Shown: positions 28,991-39,772, counted from the stretch's first letter. The stretch is 64,000 nt of DNA from Nibricoccus sp. (GCA_047602425.1 JASGHG010000001.1:1440001-1504000); one strand, 5' to 3'. The notes: generated by a model from the sequence alone, not told the origin. Translations and numbers: made by a program.

Positions 28991-29077
28991 GGTAGCGACG
29001 ACCCGCCGTGGTCGTCCGGTTATGCGTGAGCAACTCGTTAGCAACGTTGACGGACGGCCCGGCGGTCCGTCCCTACC
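28991..29077. repeat. GTAG-type REP doublet
   Basis: GGTAGCGACGACCCGCCGTGGTCGTCCG ... CGGACGGCCCGGCGGTCCGTCCCTACC. Confidence 0.8.
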
Positions 29078-29108
29078 TCCAAACGTCAGAGCGAAACTTA
29101 GCCCACCC

Positions 29109-30689
29109 TCATCGCCCGACCCTCGGTGTGCAGTTTTTGAAACGGATATTTTTCGAGAGCTCGCCTGAGGCGTCGAGGTTCAGTTTGTCGTTGGGAACGT
29201 CGAAGCGGCAGTTTTCGAAGGTGATGTCGCGGGCGTCCAGGGCGGCAATCGTGCCGCTGGCGCTTTTGATCGCGGCGTTTTTCAGGACGAAACCCGTGAC
29301 GTCGTTAAGGATGATCGGACGTTCGCTGGTCGTGGCGCTCAGATTTTGAATCAAGATTTTGGTTGCCGGACTCTCCGGCAGGCCGATGACCTTGATGGCG
29401 AACCGGGCGTTATCGACTTGGACCTGATTGACGGAAACGTCTCGGTAAACCGGCGTGAGTTTTGTAACTGGTGGAATTGGCAGTCGGCTCGCGGCCGCGC
29501 CCACAAACTGAGCTTCGCCGAGCATGTCCCACGCGATCGCCGTCGAGCAACGGCCGATCCGGATGCGTTCATAAAACAAATGCTCGCCACCGCCCGCTCT
29601 TGGCCGACGCGTCTTGAAACGAATGCCCACCACCGGCTCCTGAAACACGCTGTCGCACACGTAAAGATTGCGCACCATGCCGCCCGTCTCGCTGCCGGTC
29701 GAAATGCCCGCGTGTGCTTTTACGACCAGACAATTTCTCATCACGATGTTTTCGCTGGGCACGTTCACCCGCAGCGCATCTTCGCCGCGTCCGGACTTGA
29801 TCGCCACGGCATCGTCCCCGCAGCTGAAGGTGCAATACTCGATGAGCACATTGCGGCTCGAATCGATATCGATGCCATCGCCGCTGGTGATGTTCACGGA
29901 GTCGATCGTGACGCCGCGGATGATCACGCCGTCGCAGTATAACGGCACGATGTTCCAAAGCGCGGAACGTTCCAGCGTCACGCCTTCAATGAGGACGCTC
30001 CGACAGTTCACCGGACCAATAAATACCGGCAAATAAACCGGGCCATTGTTGCGCCCATCGCAGAGCCGCTCGGCCACGGGAGTACGCGCATCGATCTTGT
30101 CCACGCTCACCGGGTTTCTTTGTTTGCGCAGCGCGCAGTCGAGCGGAGGACCGACGAGTTTTCCTTGGCCGGTCACGGCGATATTCTGCTCGCCGTTTGC
30201 ATAGATCAGTGCGCCGAGCGAAAAAACCTCCACGCCCTCGCTGCGGGTGAAAACGGCCGGCTGATAATCCTCGACGCGTCCGCTGAAATGCAGCTCCGCG
30301 CCTTCGTTCAGGTGCAGGTTGACGTTACTCTTCAACACAAGGCGTCCGATATTCCAAACGCCTTTCGAAATCACCACGGTGCCGCCGTGCTTCGCCGAGA
30401 CATCGTCGATGGCTGACTGGATCACGTTGGTCGCCAGCTGACCATCGGCCACAGAAGCGACTTCCACGCGCAACGCCGGGAATTTCGGGCGCGCGAATTG
30501 CGGCGCCGCGAACGGTGCCGAAACCGGCGCGATCTCGGCCGGCAGATTGGCGGAGCCAACTTGATCGGCTTTGGGCAACAACGTCGGTTGCACCTGCGCC
30601 CTTACCGGCAGACATGCCATACACAAAAGAAAAGCGAGCCCTATGAGCACGGTTGGGACATTAAGTTGGTTTCGGTTGCATGAAGTCAT
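29109..30689 (-). CDS. Glycoside hydrolase family 28 (polygalacturonase-like), secreted
   Basis: LKSNVNLHL..GA, GDGIDIDSS, GDDAVAIKSG, H.GISTGSE, RFKT motifs. Confidence 0.9.
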   Translation of the reverse strand: MTSCNRNQLNVPTVLIGLAFLLCMACLPVRAQVQPTLLPKADQVGSANLPAEIAPVSAPFAAPQFARPKFPALRVEVASVADGQLATNVIQSAIDDVSAKHGGTVVISKGVWNIGRLVLKSNVNLHLNEGAELHFSGRVEDYQPAVFTRSEGVEVFSLGALIYANGEQNIAVTGQGKLVGPPLDCALRKQRNPVSVDKIDARTPVAERLCDGRNNGPVYLPVFIGPVNCRSVLIEGVTLERSALWNIVPLYCDGVIIRGVTIDSVNITSGDGIDIDSSRNVLIEYCTFSCGDDAVAIKSGRGEDALRVNVPSENIVMRNCLVVKAHAGISTGSETGGMVRNLYVCDSVFQEPVVGIRFKTRRPRAGGGEHLFYERIRIGRCSTAIAWDMLGEAQFVGAAASRLPIPPVTKLTPVYRDVSVNQVQVDNARFAIKVIGLPESPATKILIQNLSATTSERPIILNDVTGFVLKNAAIKSASGTIAALDARDITFENCRFDVPNDKLNLDASGELSKNIRFKNCTPRVGR

Positions 30690-30804
30690 CGGAGATGCGG
30701 AAAGTAACATGCTTTCAAAAAGACGACCAGCCCCAGCTGGGGTAACAATGCGCCAGCCGATTGATTCGAATGAACTTCGCGCGAAGCTTTGGCGCGGCAG
30801 CGCC

Positions 30805-30879
30805 GGTAGGGACAATGCTCCGCATTGTCCGGTTCAATGCTGGTCCCAAACCGGGCAATGGCGGAGCATTGCCCCTACC
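30805..30879. repeat. GTAG-type REP doublet
   Basis: GGTAGGGACAATGCTCCGCATTGTCCG ... CGGGCAATGGCGGAGCATTGCCCCTACC; shares the leader TTTGGCGCGGCAGCGCC with the 23036 copy. Confidence 0.8.
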
Positions 30880-31017
30880 TTCGATCCAAAACCAATTGAT
30901 AGTGGGCGCTTGTGCAACGTCGCTGACAAAACAACGCCGCTCTCGATCCAGCGCGCCGAGGACGTCGCGCTCCACCGATAATGCTTCACTCAATTCGACG
31001 ACCCGACGGTGCGCCGC

Positions 31018-34000
31018 TTAGGCAGTGGCTTCGGCGGGAGTCTTCGAACCGCGGACGGCGTCGGCGATGTTTTGCGTTTCGACTTCGCCGTGCTCGTGGT
31101 TGAAGCGCATGGAGACGGTCTTTGAAACGCCGCGTTCCTCCATCGTCACACCATAAATCGCGCTGGCCGCGGAAACGGTGCGCTTGTTGTGCGTGATGAT
31201 GATGAACTGGCTTTCGTTGACGAACCGTTTCAACAGATCCGTGAAGCGGCCAATGTTCGATTCGTCGAGCGGCGCGTCGAGTTCGTCGAGCAAGCAGAAG
31301 GGCGACGGCTTCACCATGTAGAGCGCGAAAAGCAGGCCCACGGCGGTCAGCGTTTTTTGTCCGCCGGAGAGGAGCGTGATGCTCTTGAGCTTCGTGCCGG
31401 GCGGTTGCGCGACGATTTCGATGCCACTTTCCAGCGGGTCGTCGGCCTGGATGAGTTCGAGCGCGGCATGGCCGCCACCGAACAAGGTCTTAAAGGTAAA
31501 CTCGAAGTTCTTTTTGATCTGCTCGAACGTGATCGCGAATTGCTGTTGGGAGGTCTGGTTGATCTCGTCGATCGCTTTGAGCAGGTCGGCCTTCGATTTC
31601 GTCAGGTCGTCGTTCTGCGTCTTGAGGAAATCGTAACGCTGCTTGAGTTCGGCGTACTCCTCGATGGCGACGAGGTTGACCGCACCCATGCTGTTGAGGC
31701 GCTGGCGGGTGGCATCAACCTCAACCTTGATCTCACTCCAATTGGTCGAATCGAGCGCGGCCAGATCGGCTTCGGTCGGCTCGCCGCGGGGCTCTTTCTT
31801 TTTGCGGCGCTTCTTCGTCGGAGCGGCCTCGGCTTGGGCGGGTTGAGTGGTTTCGCCTTCGGCGGGCTGACCTTCCACCACTGGCGCAGGTGCGGCTTCA
31901 ACTGCTTCCGGCTTCTGGCCTCCGGCCTCTGGGGTCTGACTTCCGGCTTCCGGCTTCTGCCCTTCGCCTTCCTCATCCTCTTCGTCGAGGTCGAGCTGCT
32001 TCATGCCTTCGGGTTCGTCTTCGGCACGCCAGAGCAAACGCTTCCAATCGAGCGTGGCGATATCCGCCTGGAACTCGTGGGAGACTTCGTCGGTGAGGAA
32101 TTGCGCGCGGGCGCGGCTCTCGGCGAGTTTCACTTCGCAACGGCTGAATTCCGCCTGCGAGGTCTCAGCTTCGGTGCGAAGGCCGTGCTGTGTGGCCTCG
32201 ACCGCATTGATGTCGCGTTCGATGTCGACGAGTTCCTTGCGGATGATCTCCACCTGCTGTTGGGCGACAACGAGTGTTTCGGCAATCTGTGTGCCGCGGT
32301 AGCGCTTCGAGTCGGTTTCGTGCTCGAGGTTGTTGATCTGCTCAGTCCATGCTTCGATTTCCTGCTGGCGTTGCACGAGAAGTTCGCCGAGCTGGCCGCG
32401 GCGGCGTTGCATGTCGGCGATACCACGGTCGAGCACTTCGACTTTTTGGCGGTGTTCGGCCAGTTCGAGACGGGCCTGACCCAAGGTCTCACGCTTCTGG
32501 TCGCGATCGGTGCGGACTTCGACGATGCGTGTCTCCAGTTGTTGGATACGCTCGCGGCCCTGCGTGACGGTGCTGTCGGCTTCGGCCAGTTGGGCCTGGG
32601 CTTTTTCCCAGCGGTTGTGAGCCTCGTTGCGCGCGGCTTCAAGGGCACCGACTTCGGATTCCTTGCGGGTGAGACGCGTGGCGATCTCTTCGAGCGTGCG
32701 CTGGGCGTTGCGCTGCTCGGCCTGCACGGCGGCGAGTTGCTGCGTGGCCGTGAGCACTTCGGCGCGCTTGGTTTCCACCAAGGCCTCGGCCTCGGCGATG
32801 CGCGCGTTGAGCGCATCCATCAGCGCCTTTTGTTCGTCGTGCTGGCGTTGATCCTCGATGAGGGCCTTGCCGGTTTCGCGCAGGTCGATCTCGCGCTGCA
32901 CGATGCTGTGCGAGGATTTTTTACCCGCGTGTCCGCCGGAAACGAGACCGCGACGGTCGACGACCTCGCCCTTGCGCGTGGCGACGGCGAGAAACGAGAA
33001 TGAAGAATTCGCTTTCCAAAATTCGAGAAACGCGCCGAGGTCTTCGGCGACGTAGCAACTCGCGAGCAGGCTGTAGACCGGGTGATTCGCGTCCGCGTGC
33101 GTGAGAATCGACGTCGCGGGTGCAAGAAACGCGGGCAAATCTTCCGCGCCGGCTTCCGTTTTCGGACCTCCGACTTCCGTGACCTGAAGGCAGACGCTGC
33201 CGATTTGTTCGTTTTCGAGTTGCGCGAGAATCTTGTGCGCCGTGCCGAGGTCGGCGACCGAGATCGCTTCCACCGCCGAACCAAGAAACGCCTCCAAGGT
33301 GCGGCCGAATTCCGGTTTCACCTCGATGCCCTGCGTGACCGGCAGCGGTTTCGCGCCGTTGAGCAAGCCGTCGAGGCGGCCCTGCAAAATGGCTTTCGCG
33401 CCTTCGCCGAAGCCTTCGAGTTTTTCCTGGAGCTGCTGGAGCAGTTTCAACCGCGCGGTGCGTTGCGCGACCTGGCGGTCGATTTCCTGCAGCTTGCGCT
33501 GACCGTCGCGGAACTCGCGCGTCATGTTGACGACGGATTGCTGCGCTTCGGACGACTCCTGATTGGCGCGGGATTTCGCGGTGAGCGCTTCTTCGACGCG
33601 AGCTTCGAATTCGGCGACGACTTGCGCGGCGGCGCTCTGCTGCTGGCGGATGCCTTCGATTTCCTGCAACAGCGAGTCGTGTTTGTGCACGCTCGTCTTC
33701 TGGTCGACCTCGTAGGCCGAGCAGTCGGTGCGCAAACGCGCGACCGTGCTTTCCAGCGTGAGGAGTTGGAATTTCGACTGCTGCAGCTCCTGTTCGAGCT
33801 TGCCGAGTTCGCCTTCGACGATGGCGAGTTCGCGGTTGCGGTTTTGGAACGAGGCGTCGGACGAGCCGAGCAGGCTCAACTGCATCTGTTTGTCCTGCGC
33901 GCCAGTGTCCACTTGCGCGGCAAGTTCGCGGAGTTGCATTTCGGTTTCGCCGAGATTCTGGCGCGAGGCCTCAAGGCGGTCCTGCAAACCGGCGCGTTTG

Positions 34001-34926
34001 ATCTGCGCGAGGTTGGCGGCGTTTTCCGATTGTTCTTTTTCCGAGCGAAGATCGAAGACGGCCTGCTGCGCGTCCTGCACGCGCTGATTGAGGCGGCTGC
34101 GCTCGGCCTTCTTTTCCTCCAGCGCGCGATTTTCCTCCTCGAAACGGGTTCGGCGCGTGTCGGCCTCGGCGCGAAGCACATTTACGCGGCCCTCAAGTTC
34201 GCCCAACGTCGCAGCGAGTTGCTGATAATGGAAACCGCTGTGCGCAAGACTCTGGTGCCGCAGGCGGTGGCTGAGACGCTTGTAGCGCATCGCCTTCGCG
34301 GCTTGACGGCGGAGCGAGCCGATCTGGCGTCCGACTTCGCCAATGACGTCGGCCACGCGCGCCAGATTCTGGTCGGTGAGCGTGAGCTTGGCCAGCGCCT
34401 CGCGGCGTTGGCTCTTGTAACGGGTTATACCCGCGGCCTCTTCGAAGACCGCACGGCGCTCCTCGGGCTTGGACGAAAGGATCTGATCAATCTGGCCCTG
34501 CGCCATGATCGAGTAGCTGGTCCGGCCGATGCCGGTGTCCATGAAAAGCTTGTGGATGTCCTTCAGGCGGCACGGCTGGCCGTTGAAAAAGTATTCGCTC
34601 TGTCCGTCGCGATACACGCGGCGCATGATCTCGACCTCGTGAAATTCCGTGCCGAGTTGTTTTTCGCAATCGGTCAGAAGCAGCGAGACCTCGCACATCT
34701 GCGCGGGTTTGCGCGTGTCGGCGCCCTCGAAGATGACGTCCTGCATCTTACCGCCGCGCAGAGCCTTGGCGCTCTGTTCGCCCAGCACCCAGCGGATGGA
34801 ATCCGCGATGTTGGACTTGCCGCAACCGTTGGGTCCCACCACGGCGGTGACGCCAGGCTCGAAACGAAGCGTGGAAGGATCAGCGAAGGATTTAAAACCG
34901 TGCAGCTTGAGCGCCTTGAGATACAT
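31018..34926 (-). CDS. smc: Chromosome segregation protein SMC
   Basis: GFKSF, VGPNGCGKSN, long coiled coils with hinge, LSGGQ, LLDELDAPLD. Confidence 0.97.
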   Translation of the reverse strand: MYLKALKLHGFKSFADPSTLRFEPGVTAVVGPNGCGKSNIADSIRWVLGEQSAKALRGGKMQDVIFEGADTRKPAQMCEVSLLLTDCEKQLGTEFHEVEIMRRVYRDGQSEYFFNGQPCRLKDIHKLFMDTGIGRTSYSIMAQGQIDQILSSKPEERRAVFEEAAGITRYKSQRREALAKLTLTDQNLARVADVIGEVGRQIGSLRRQAAKAMRYKRLSHRLRHQSLAHSGFHYQQLAATLGELEGRVNVLRAEADTRRTRFEEENRALEEKKAERSRLNQRVQDAQQAVFDLRSEKEQSENAANLAQIKRAGLQDRLEASRQNLGETEMQLRELAAQVDTGAQDKQMQLSLLGSSDASFQNRNRELAIVEGELGKLEQELQQSKFQLLTLESTVARLRTDCSAYEVDQKTSVHKHDSLLQEIEGIRQQQSAAAQVVAEFEARVEEALTAKSRANQESSEAQQSVVNMTREFRDGQRKLQEIDRQVAQRTARLKLLQQLQEKLEGFGEGAKAILQGRLDGLLNGAKPLPVTQGIEVKPEFGRTLEAFLGSAVEAISVADLGTAHKILAQLENEQIGSVCLQVTEVGGPKTEAGAEDLPAFLAPATSILTHADANHPVYSLLASCYVAEDLGAFLEFWKANSSFSFLAVATRKGEVVDRRGLVSGGHAGKKSSHSIVQREIDLRETGKALIEDQRQHDEQKALMDALNARIAEAEALVETKRAEVLTATQQLAAVQAEQRNAQRTLEEIATRLTRKESEVGALEAARNEAHNRWEKAQAQLAEADSTVTQGRERIQQLETRIVEVRTDRDQKRETLGQARLELAEHRQKVEVLDRGIADMQRRRGQLGELLVQRQQEIEAWTEQINNLEHETDSKRYRGTQIAETLVVAQQQVEIIRKELVDIERDINAVEATQHGLRTEAETSQAEFSRCEVKLAESRARAQFLTDEVSHEFQADIATLDWKRLLWRAEDEPEGMKQLDLDEEDEEGEGQKPEAGSQTPEAGGQKPEAVEAAPAPVVEGQPAEGETTQPAQAEAAPTKKRRKKKEPRGEPTEADLAALDSTNWSEIKVEVDATRQRLNSMGAVNLVAIEEYAELKQRYDFLKTQNDDLTKSKADLLKAIDEINQTSQQQFAITFEQIKKNFEFTFKTLFGGGHAALELIQADDPLESGIEIVAQPPGTKLKSITLLSGGQKTLTAVGLLFALYMVKPSPFCLLDELDAPLDESNIGRFTDLLKRFVNESQFIIITHNKRTVSAASAIYGVTMEERGVSKTVSMRFNHEHGEVETQNIADAVRGSKTPAEATA

Positions 34927-35091
34927 GAAAACCGGGGAGTTGAGCGGCGCGCTTTTGACACGGCAATTGGAAAAAATTTCCAGTTGTTCACAGGGTATTC
35001 GCAAAGGCGGGCCTGATATTGCACGCAAATGAAACGGCTTGTCGGAAAAGCGCCGGGCAACCAGCCTCCGTCAGAATATCCGTGCCCCTGC

Positions 35092-35892
35092 ATGAAATCC
35101 CCTCTCGTCCTGCTTGCAGCTGTTCTAATGCTTTTGCTCTGCGGCTGCGTCTCAACGCCCGATCCAGACAAACTCAAACTAGGCATGTCGAAAAAGGAAG
35201 TTTCGAAAATCATGGGGGCACCTCGCTCGACTGACACCGATGGCGAAATTGAATACTGGAATTATTCCATAAAGGACGGTGCAACTGTTCCACTTACAAG
35301 CGCGACCACTCCTCCCGACGGTTCCAAACCATCCTACGACGCCGTTATTTTCGATCGATACTCTGCCGATCCTTTGAGTCGCTCGGCGAATAAATACAGC
35401 CCCTCCGATCCAACCGCCGACAACTTCCAGTCGACAACCACGAGACAGGGGCCAACTACGTGGTCAAGGTCCTTCCCGTTTACGATCGAGTTTTCCAACA
35501 ACCGCTTAACCGGTGCCGGATCAAGTCAAGTTTACGGCCTTAGGCGATTTACGGTCGATGGAGCTATCCAAGTTCTTTCCAGCACCGTTTCCTCGAAAAC
35601 GCACGATCCGACCAAAATCACGTTGAAAGTACGCTACAAATTCAGGAGCAAAAACGGGGGAATCTTGCAGCTCGCGTTCAATGTCGATGGACCCAATTCC
35701 TTCCGCGTCCTTTCCACTGAAGAGTTAAATAACGCGGAGGGAGAAATCGAAATTTCCGCGACAACAACCCCAAAAGACTGGGATGAAGCGTCACCGTTCA
35801 GAGCTGTCGTCTTGTTGCGGGAAGGAACCCTATCGAACAAAGGCGACGTACTCGGAACCAAAACGCACATCATCAGACCCGCGAAGCCTTAA
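35092..35892 (+). CDS. Lipoprotein with N-terminal SmpA/BamE-like motif
   Basis: Lipobox LCGC; LKLGMSKKEVSKIMGAP..EYWNY. Confidence 0.65.
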   Translation: MKSPLVLLAAVLMLLLCGCVSTPDPDKLKLGMSKKEVSKIMGAPRSTDTDGEIEYWNYSIKDGATVPLTSATTPPDGSKPSYDAVIFDRYSADPLSRSANKYSPSDPTADNFQSTTTRQGPTTWSRSFPFTIEFSNNRLTGAGSSQVYGLRRFTVDGAIQVLSSTVSSKTHDPTKITLKVRYKFRSKNGGILQLAFNVDGPNSFRVLSTEELNNAEGEIEISATTTPKDWDEASPFRAVVLLREGTLSNKGDVLGTKTHIIRPAKP

Positions 35893-35909
35893 ACGGCAAA
35901 AAGAGCGTA

Positions 35910-36293
35910 TCACCCCAACAGCTTCGTATACGCCGCGGCGTCGAGCAGGGTCGCCGCACTTGCGGCGTCGGCCAGCTTGATCTTGAGCATCCAGCCAGCG
36001 ATGTACGGGTCCTGATTTAATACTTCGGGAGCGGCATCCAGCGCGCTGTTCACTTCGAGCACGGTGCCTGCAGCGGGCATATAAAGATCGGAGGCAGCCT
36101 TAACCGACTCGACCACACCAAAGGTGTCGCCAGCCTTGAGCGACGCGCCGACCTTGGGCAATTGCACGAACGTGATGTCGCCGAGGCTGCTTTGCGCGTA
36201 GTCGGTGATGCCAACGAGCGCGGTGCCGTCGCCTGCGGGCTTCAGCCATTCGTGGGATTTTGCGTAGCGGAGTTCGGAGGGAACGTTGCTCAT
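35910..36293 (-). CDS. gcvH: Glycine cleavage system H protein
   Basis: HEW, GITDYAQ..LGD, lipoyl motif VESVKAASD. Confidence 0.97.
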   Translation of the reverse strand: MSNVPSELRYAKSHEWLKPAGDGTALVGITDYAQSSLGDITFVQLPKVGASLKAGDTFGVVESVKAASDLYMPAAGTVLEVNSALDAAPEVLNQDPYIAGWMLKIKLADAASAATLLDAAAYTKLLG

Positions 36294-37390
36294 GACGTCT
36301 TCTTAAGTTCGATGAAGGGAGGTTTGACGGATTTCAGTGAAATTTTCGCGCCGCGAATGTCGACCTGTAATTCCTGCGACGCCGCCGAGGTGCCAACGAG
36401 TGCCGAACCAATTGCTTCGTTGAGCACCGGCGACAACGTGCCGGACAGTACCGTGCCCACCGTGGACTCCGTGTCGTCGAGCACCGGAGTGCCGGCGCGC
36501 ACGATGCGGCGGTCGCCGGTCTTAAAGAAGACGACTTTCCGCGGAGCACCGACCTTCGCCTCATGCGCAAGCGCGTCGCGGCCGATGAAACCGCCGGCTT
36601 TGTCAAGCTTCACCGTCCAACCGAGGCCGGCCGTCAGCGGCGAAATGAGCTCGCTCAGCTCGTGTCCGTAAAGCGGATAGCCCGCCTCCAGGCGCAAGCT
36701 GTCGCGTGCACCGAGCCCGGCAAGTTCGAGTCCATGGGGAGCGCCCGCTTCCATCAACGCCGTCGTCAGGCGCTCGGCGTCGGCAGCGGGATGATAAAGC
36801 TCAAAGCCATCCTCGCCCGTGTAGCCCGTGCGGCTCAAGATGCAGGGCACGCCCGCAACCGAACCTTCGGCAAAGTGATAATATTTGATCTTCTCAAGGT
36901 CGTCGTTGGTCAGCGCCTGCACGATCGCGACAGCCTTCGGGCCTTGCACGGCGACGAGGGCATAGTCGGCCGAACGGTCGGTGATTGTGACGTTATATTT
37001 CGCAGCTTGTTCGCGAATCCACGCGAGGTCCTTGTCGATGTTGCCAGCGTTGATGCAGAGAAAATAATTATCCGCGCCGCGCATGTAGACGAGCAGGTCG
37101 TCCACCACGCCACCCGTCGGATAGCACATCGAGGAGTAGAGCACGCGCCCGGGGAAGAGTTTCGCGACGTCGTTCGTCACGAGTTGATTCAAAAATTTCA
37201 GCGCCTCCGGCCCTTTCACGTCGACCTCGCCCATGTGGCTGACGTCGAACAGACCCGCTGCACGACGCACGGCCTTGTGTTCCTCAAGAATGCTCCGGTA
37301 CTGCACGGGCATTTCCCAACCGGCGAAATCGACCATGCGGTCGCCACGGGCAACATGAAAGGCAAACAAGGGCGTGCGCTTGAGACTCAT
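36290..37390 (-). CDS. gcvT: Glycine cleavage system aminomethyltransferase T
   Basis: FAGWEMPVQY, FDVSHMG, RTGYTGEDGFE, GLGARDSLRLEAG motifs. Confidence 0.97.
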   Translation of the reverse strand: MSLKRTPLFAFHVARGDRMVDFAGWEMPVQYRSILEEHKAVRRAAGLFDVSHMGEVDVKGPEALKFLNQLVTNDVAKLFPGRVLYSSMCYPTGGVVDDLLVYMRGADNYFLCINAGNIDKDLAWIREQAAKYNVTITDRSADYALVAVQGPKAVAIVQALTNDDLEKIKYYHFAEGSVAGVPCILSRTGYTGEDGFELYHPAADAERLTTALMEAGAPHGLELAGLGARDSLRLEAGYPLYGHELSELISPLTAGLGWTVKLDKAGGFIGRDALAHEAKVGAPRKVVFFKTGDRRIVRAGTPVLDDTESTVGTVLSGTLSPVLNEAIGSALVGTSAASQELQVDIRGAKISLKSVKPPFIELKKTS

Positions 37391-37510
37391 GGCGACCACT
37401 ACGAGCATCGGCCGGACAGTCGGCAAGCATAGTTTTGGCCGCCGGGGCGGTGCGGCGGGCTTCACGCAATATATGTTCGTAAAACCACCACCTTGGGTAA
37501 ACTAGCCGCC

Positions 37511-38581
37511 ATGCAATGGTTCATTCTCGCGGTCGCCGTCACCCTCCTGCTCGTGTTTTTCTGTTCGATGCTGGAGGCCATGATCTTCAGTACCACCGTC
37601 GCCGACATCGAAGCGCTCAAACGCTCGTCCCCGCACGCCGGCGAACGACTCGAAAAGCTCAAACTCCGGATGGATGAAACGATTTCAACCATCCTCACGG
37701 TCAACACCATCGCCATGGCCTTGGGTTCCGCGCTGATCGGCGCGATTGGCGCGCATACGTTTGACGAACACGAACTCGCGATCGTCATGCCGATTTTCGG
37801 CATCGTGCTGCTCATCTGTTCCGAGGTGATTCCCAAAACCGTGGGCTCCACCCATCGCAAATCGCTGCAACCTTCCATGACGCGGCCGCTTTGGATCATG
37901 AGCCGCGCCCTCCGGCCCGTGACGTTTTTTTGCAATCTCATCGTGCGCCTCGTCATCAAAGAATCGTCCCACAAGGAAAAATCCGACGAGGAAATCATCC
38001 TCCTCGCCGAACGCGGTGCCCAGCAAGGCACTCTCTCCAAAAGCGAATCCAGCATCATCGCCAACGCGCTCTCGCTCGATGACATTCGCGTCAGCGAAAT
38101 CATGACACCCCGCACCGTAGTCACCATGCTGCGTCGCAACGCCACCGTCGGCGAAGTCTTCCGCGAATTCCCCAACATCCCGTTTGCCCGCATTCCTGTT
38201 TACGGAAAAAACATGGACGATATCGTCGGACTTGTGCGCCGCCGCGATCTCCTCAAAGCCAAGGCCAATGACCAGGACCTCGATCTCGTCGAGAAGCTGA
38301 TGCAGGAGATCAATTTCATTCCCGAAACAGTCACTGCCGCCAACGCCCTTCAGCTCTTTCTGAAAACGCATCAGCAGCTCCTCGTCGTGGTCGACGAATT
38401 TGGCGCCACCGCCGGCGTCGTCACGATGGAAGACGTGATGGAACATCTCCTCGGCCGCGAAATTTTCGAAAAGGACGACGTCGCCGTCGACATGCGCGAA
38501 CTCGCCCGCGCCAAGCTGCAAAAACAAAACCGCGCACGGCGTCCCGGCGAAGCGGGCGGACCGGCGGTTGGCAAAAGTTAG
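37511..38581 (+). CDS. CNNM/HlyC-CorC family membrane protein (DUF21 + CBS)
   Basis: FFCSMLEA, SEVIPK, IMTPR, RIPVY, VVDEFG..GVVTMED motifs. Confidence 0.9.
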   Translation: MQWFILAVAVTLLLVFFCSMLEAMIFSTTVADIEALKRSSPHAGERLEKLKLRMDETISTILTVNTIAMALGSALIGAIGAHTFDEHELAIVMPIFGIVLLICSEVIPKTVGSTHRKSLQPSMTRPLWIMSRALRPVTFFCNLIVRLVIKESSHKEKSDEEIILLAERGAQQGTLSKSESSIIANALSLDDIRVSEIMTPRTVVTMLRRNATVGEVFREFPNIPFARIPVYGKNMDDIVGLVRRRDLLKAKANDQDLDLVEKLMQEINFIPETVTAANALQLFLKTHQQLLVVVDEFGATAGVVTMEDVMEHLLGREIFEKDDVAVDMRELARAKLQKQNRARRPGEAGGPAVGKS

Positions 38582-38708
38582 AATCGGCTCGGTCTGATCT
38601 CAGGCTTTCCCCCGGCCAGGGCTTAAAAAGGGGGCCGACTCCACGTCGGCCCCACCACTTCCCACCTGCCATCGGTCTCCGCCCGTGGTTGTTGTTTGTC
38701 GATCAGGA

Positions 38709-38876
38709 TCAAGCAACGGGAGGACGCCGCCCAAAAAATAACGAAACAACGAACAGCACCAGAAACAACAGGAACAGGATTTTCGCGAAGCCAATCGCGG
38801 TGCCCGCAATTCCCGTGAAGCCGAGCAGGCCGGCAAGGATTGCGATGATCAAAAAAGTAATGGACCAGTTTAACAT
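38709..38876 (-). CDS. DUF1328 (UPF0391) small membrane protein
   Basis: Own translation (below ORF-track cutoff): [35 protein letters not shown]...; downstream of the BON protein, as in osmY-ytjA. Confidence 0.88.
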   Translation of the reverse strand: MLNWSITFLIIAILAGLLGFTGIAGTAIGFAKILFLLFLVLFVVSLFFGRRPPVA

Positions 38877-38980
38877 AACGAACGGAGGTTGAGTTCAGGA
38901 GTGATGGTGAAGAATGGCTGGTTGGCCGATGCCATTAGGGGCACCGGCCAACCCGGCGATTTTTTGTTTTTTGAGGGCGG

Positions 38981-39772
38981 TTAATCGGAGCCCGCCATGC
39001 TCCTCGAAATGACCATCTCGTTGTGCACATCGCGCACGCCTTCGACGCTCTTGGCGAGCTTGGTCACGAGGTCTTTTTCCGCGGAATTCTTGGCTTCGCC
39101 TCGGACGGTCACGACGCCGTTTTCCGTGGTCACTTCAGTGCGCAGTGCGCTGGTGGCGCGTTCCGCACCGAGCGCATATTTGATCTTGGCTGTGATCGCA
39201 CCGTCATCGATTTTCTCGCCCATGGAGCGGTCCGACGCCGAAGCGGAGGATCGATTCTTGTCGGGTTCGACTTGGATATTGTTAACCACGCGTTTTACGC
39301 CCCGGACATCGGCGGCGTACCTGGCGGCCAGCGATTTTTCGGCTTCGCTCTCGGCCGAACCGGTCAAGGTGACCACGCCTTCATTCGAGGACACTTTGGT
39401 GTGAATGAGGCTGACGTTCTTGTGCAAGAGCAGCGCACCCCTGACTTCCGTCGCGATGCGTTCGTCGGACGGCTGTTTGGCGATGCGCATTTCGTCGTTG
39501 ACGCGTTGCACACCGGGAATGTCGCGCGCGGTTTCGAGGGCGATGTTCCGCTGTTTTTCGTTATCAATTTCGCCCTTGAGCGTTACAATGCCGTTTTCCG
39601 AATCGATGGAGACGTCGGCGCTCTTCAGCTGGGTTTGGTAAGCCTCGGAGTTCTTAAACGTCTTTTCGATCTGATCGTCTTGGTCCGCCGCGAGTGCCGA
39701 AAGGGAACCGGCCATGCCGGCAATCGAAACAAGGGCAACGGCGACAAGTTTTCGTATGATATGTGTATTCAT
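38981..39772 (-). CDS. BON-domain protein (OsmY-like, three BON repeats)
   Basis: Signal peptide; three G.VTL.G...A..V.GV..V.N units. Confidence 0.9.
   Translation of the reverse strand: MNTHIIRKLVAVALVSIAGMAGSLSALAADQDDQIEKTFKNSEAYQTQLKSADVSIDSENGIVTLKGEIDNEKQRNIALETARDIPGVQRVNDEMRIAKQPSDERIATEVRGALLLHKNVSLIHTKVSSNEGVVTLTGSAESEAEKSLAARYAADVRGVKRVVNNIQVEPDKNRSSASASDRSMGEKIDDGAITAKIKYALGAERATSALRTEVTTENGVVTVRGEAKNSAEKDLVTKLAKSVEGVRDVHNEMVISRSMAGSD

Noticed and set aside
28452..29168. 238-aa ORF as a confident CDS
   Set aside because: It runs through a REP element and overlaps the GH28 3' end; only the repeat part is patterned. Kept as an open hypothesis in findings.
31189..35016. Long + strand ORFs (604 and 644 aa) opposite smc, and similar shadows opposite rhaB, lutB, zwf, purA, argH and the MCP
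   Set aside because: These are antisense shadows caused by GC-rich codon bias and have no recognisable motifs.
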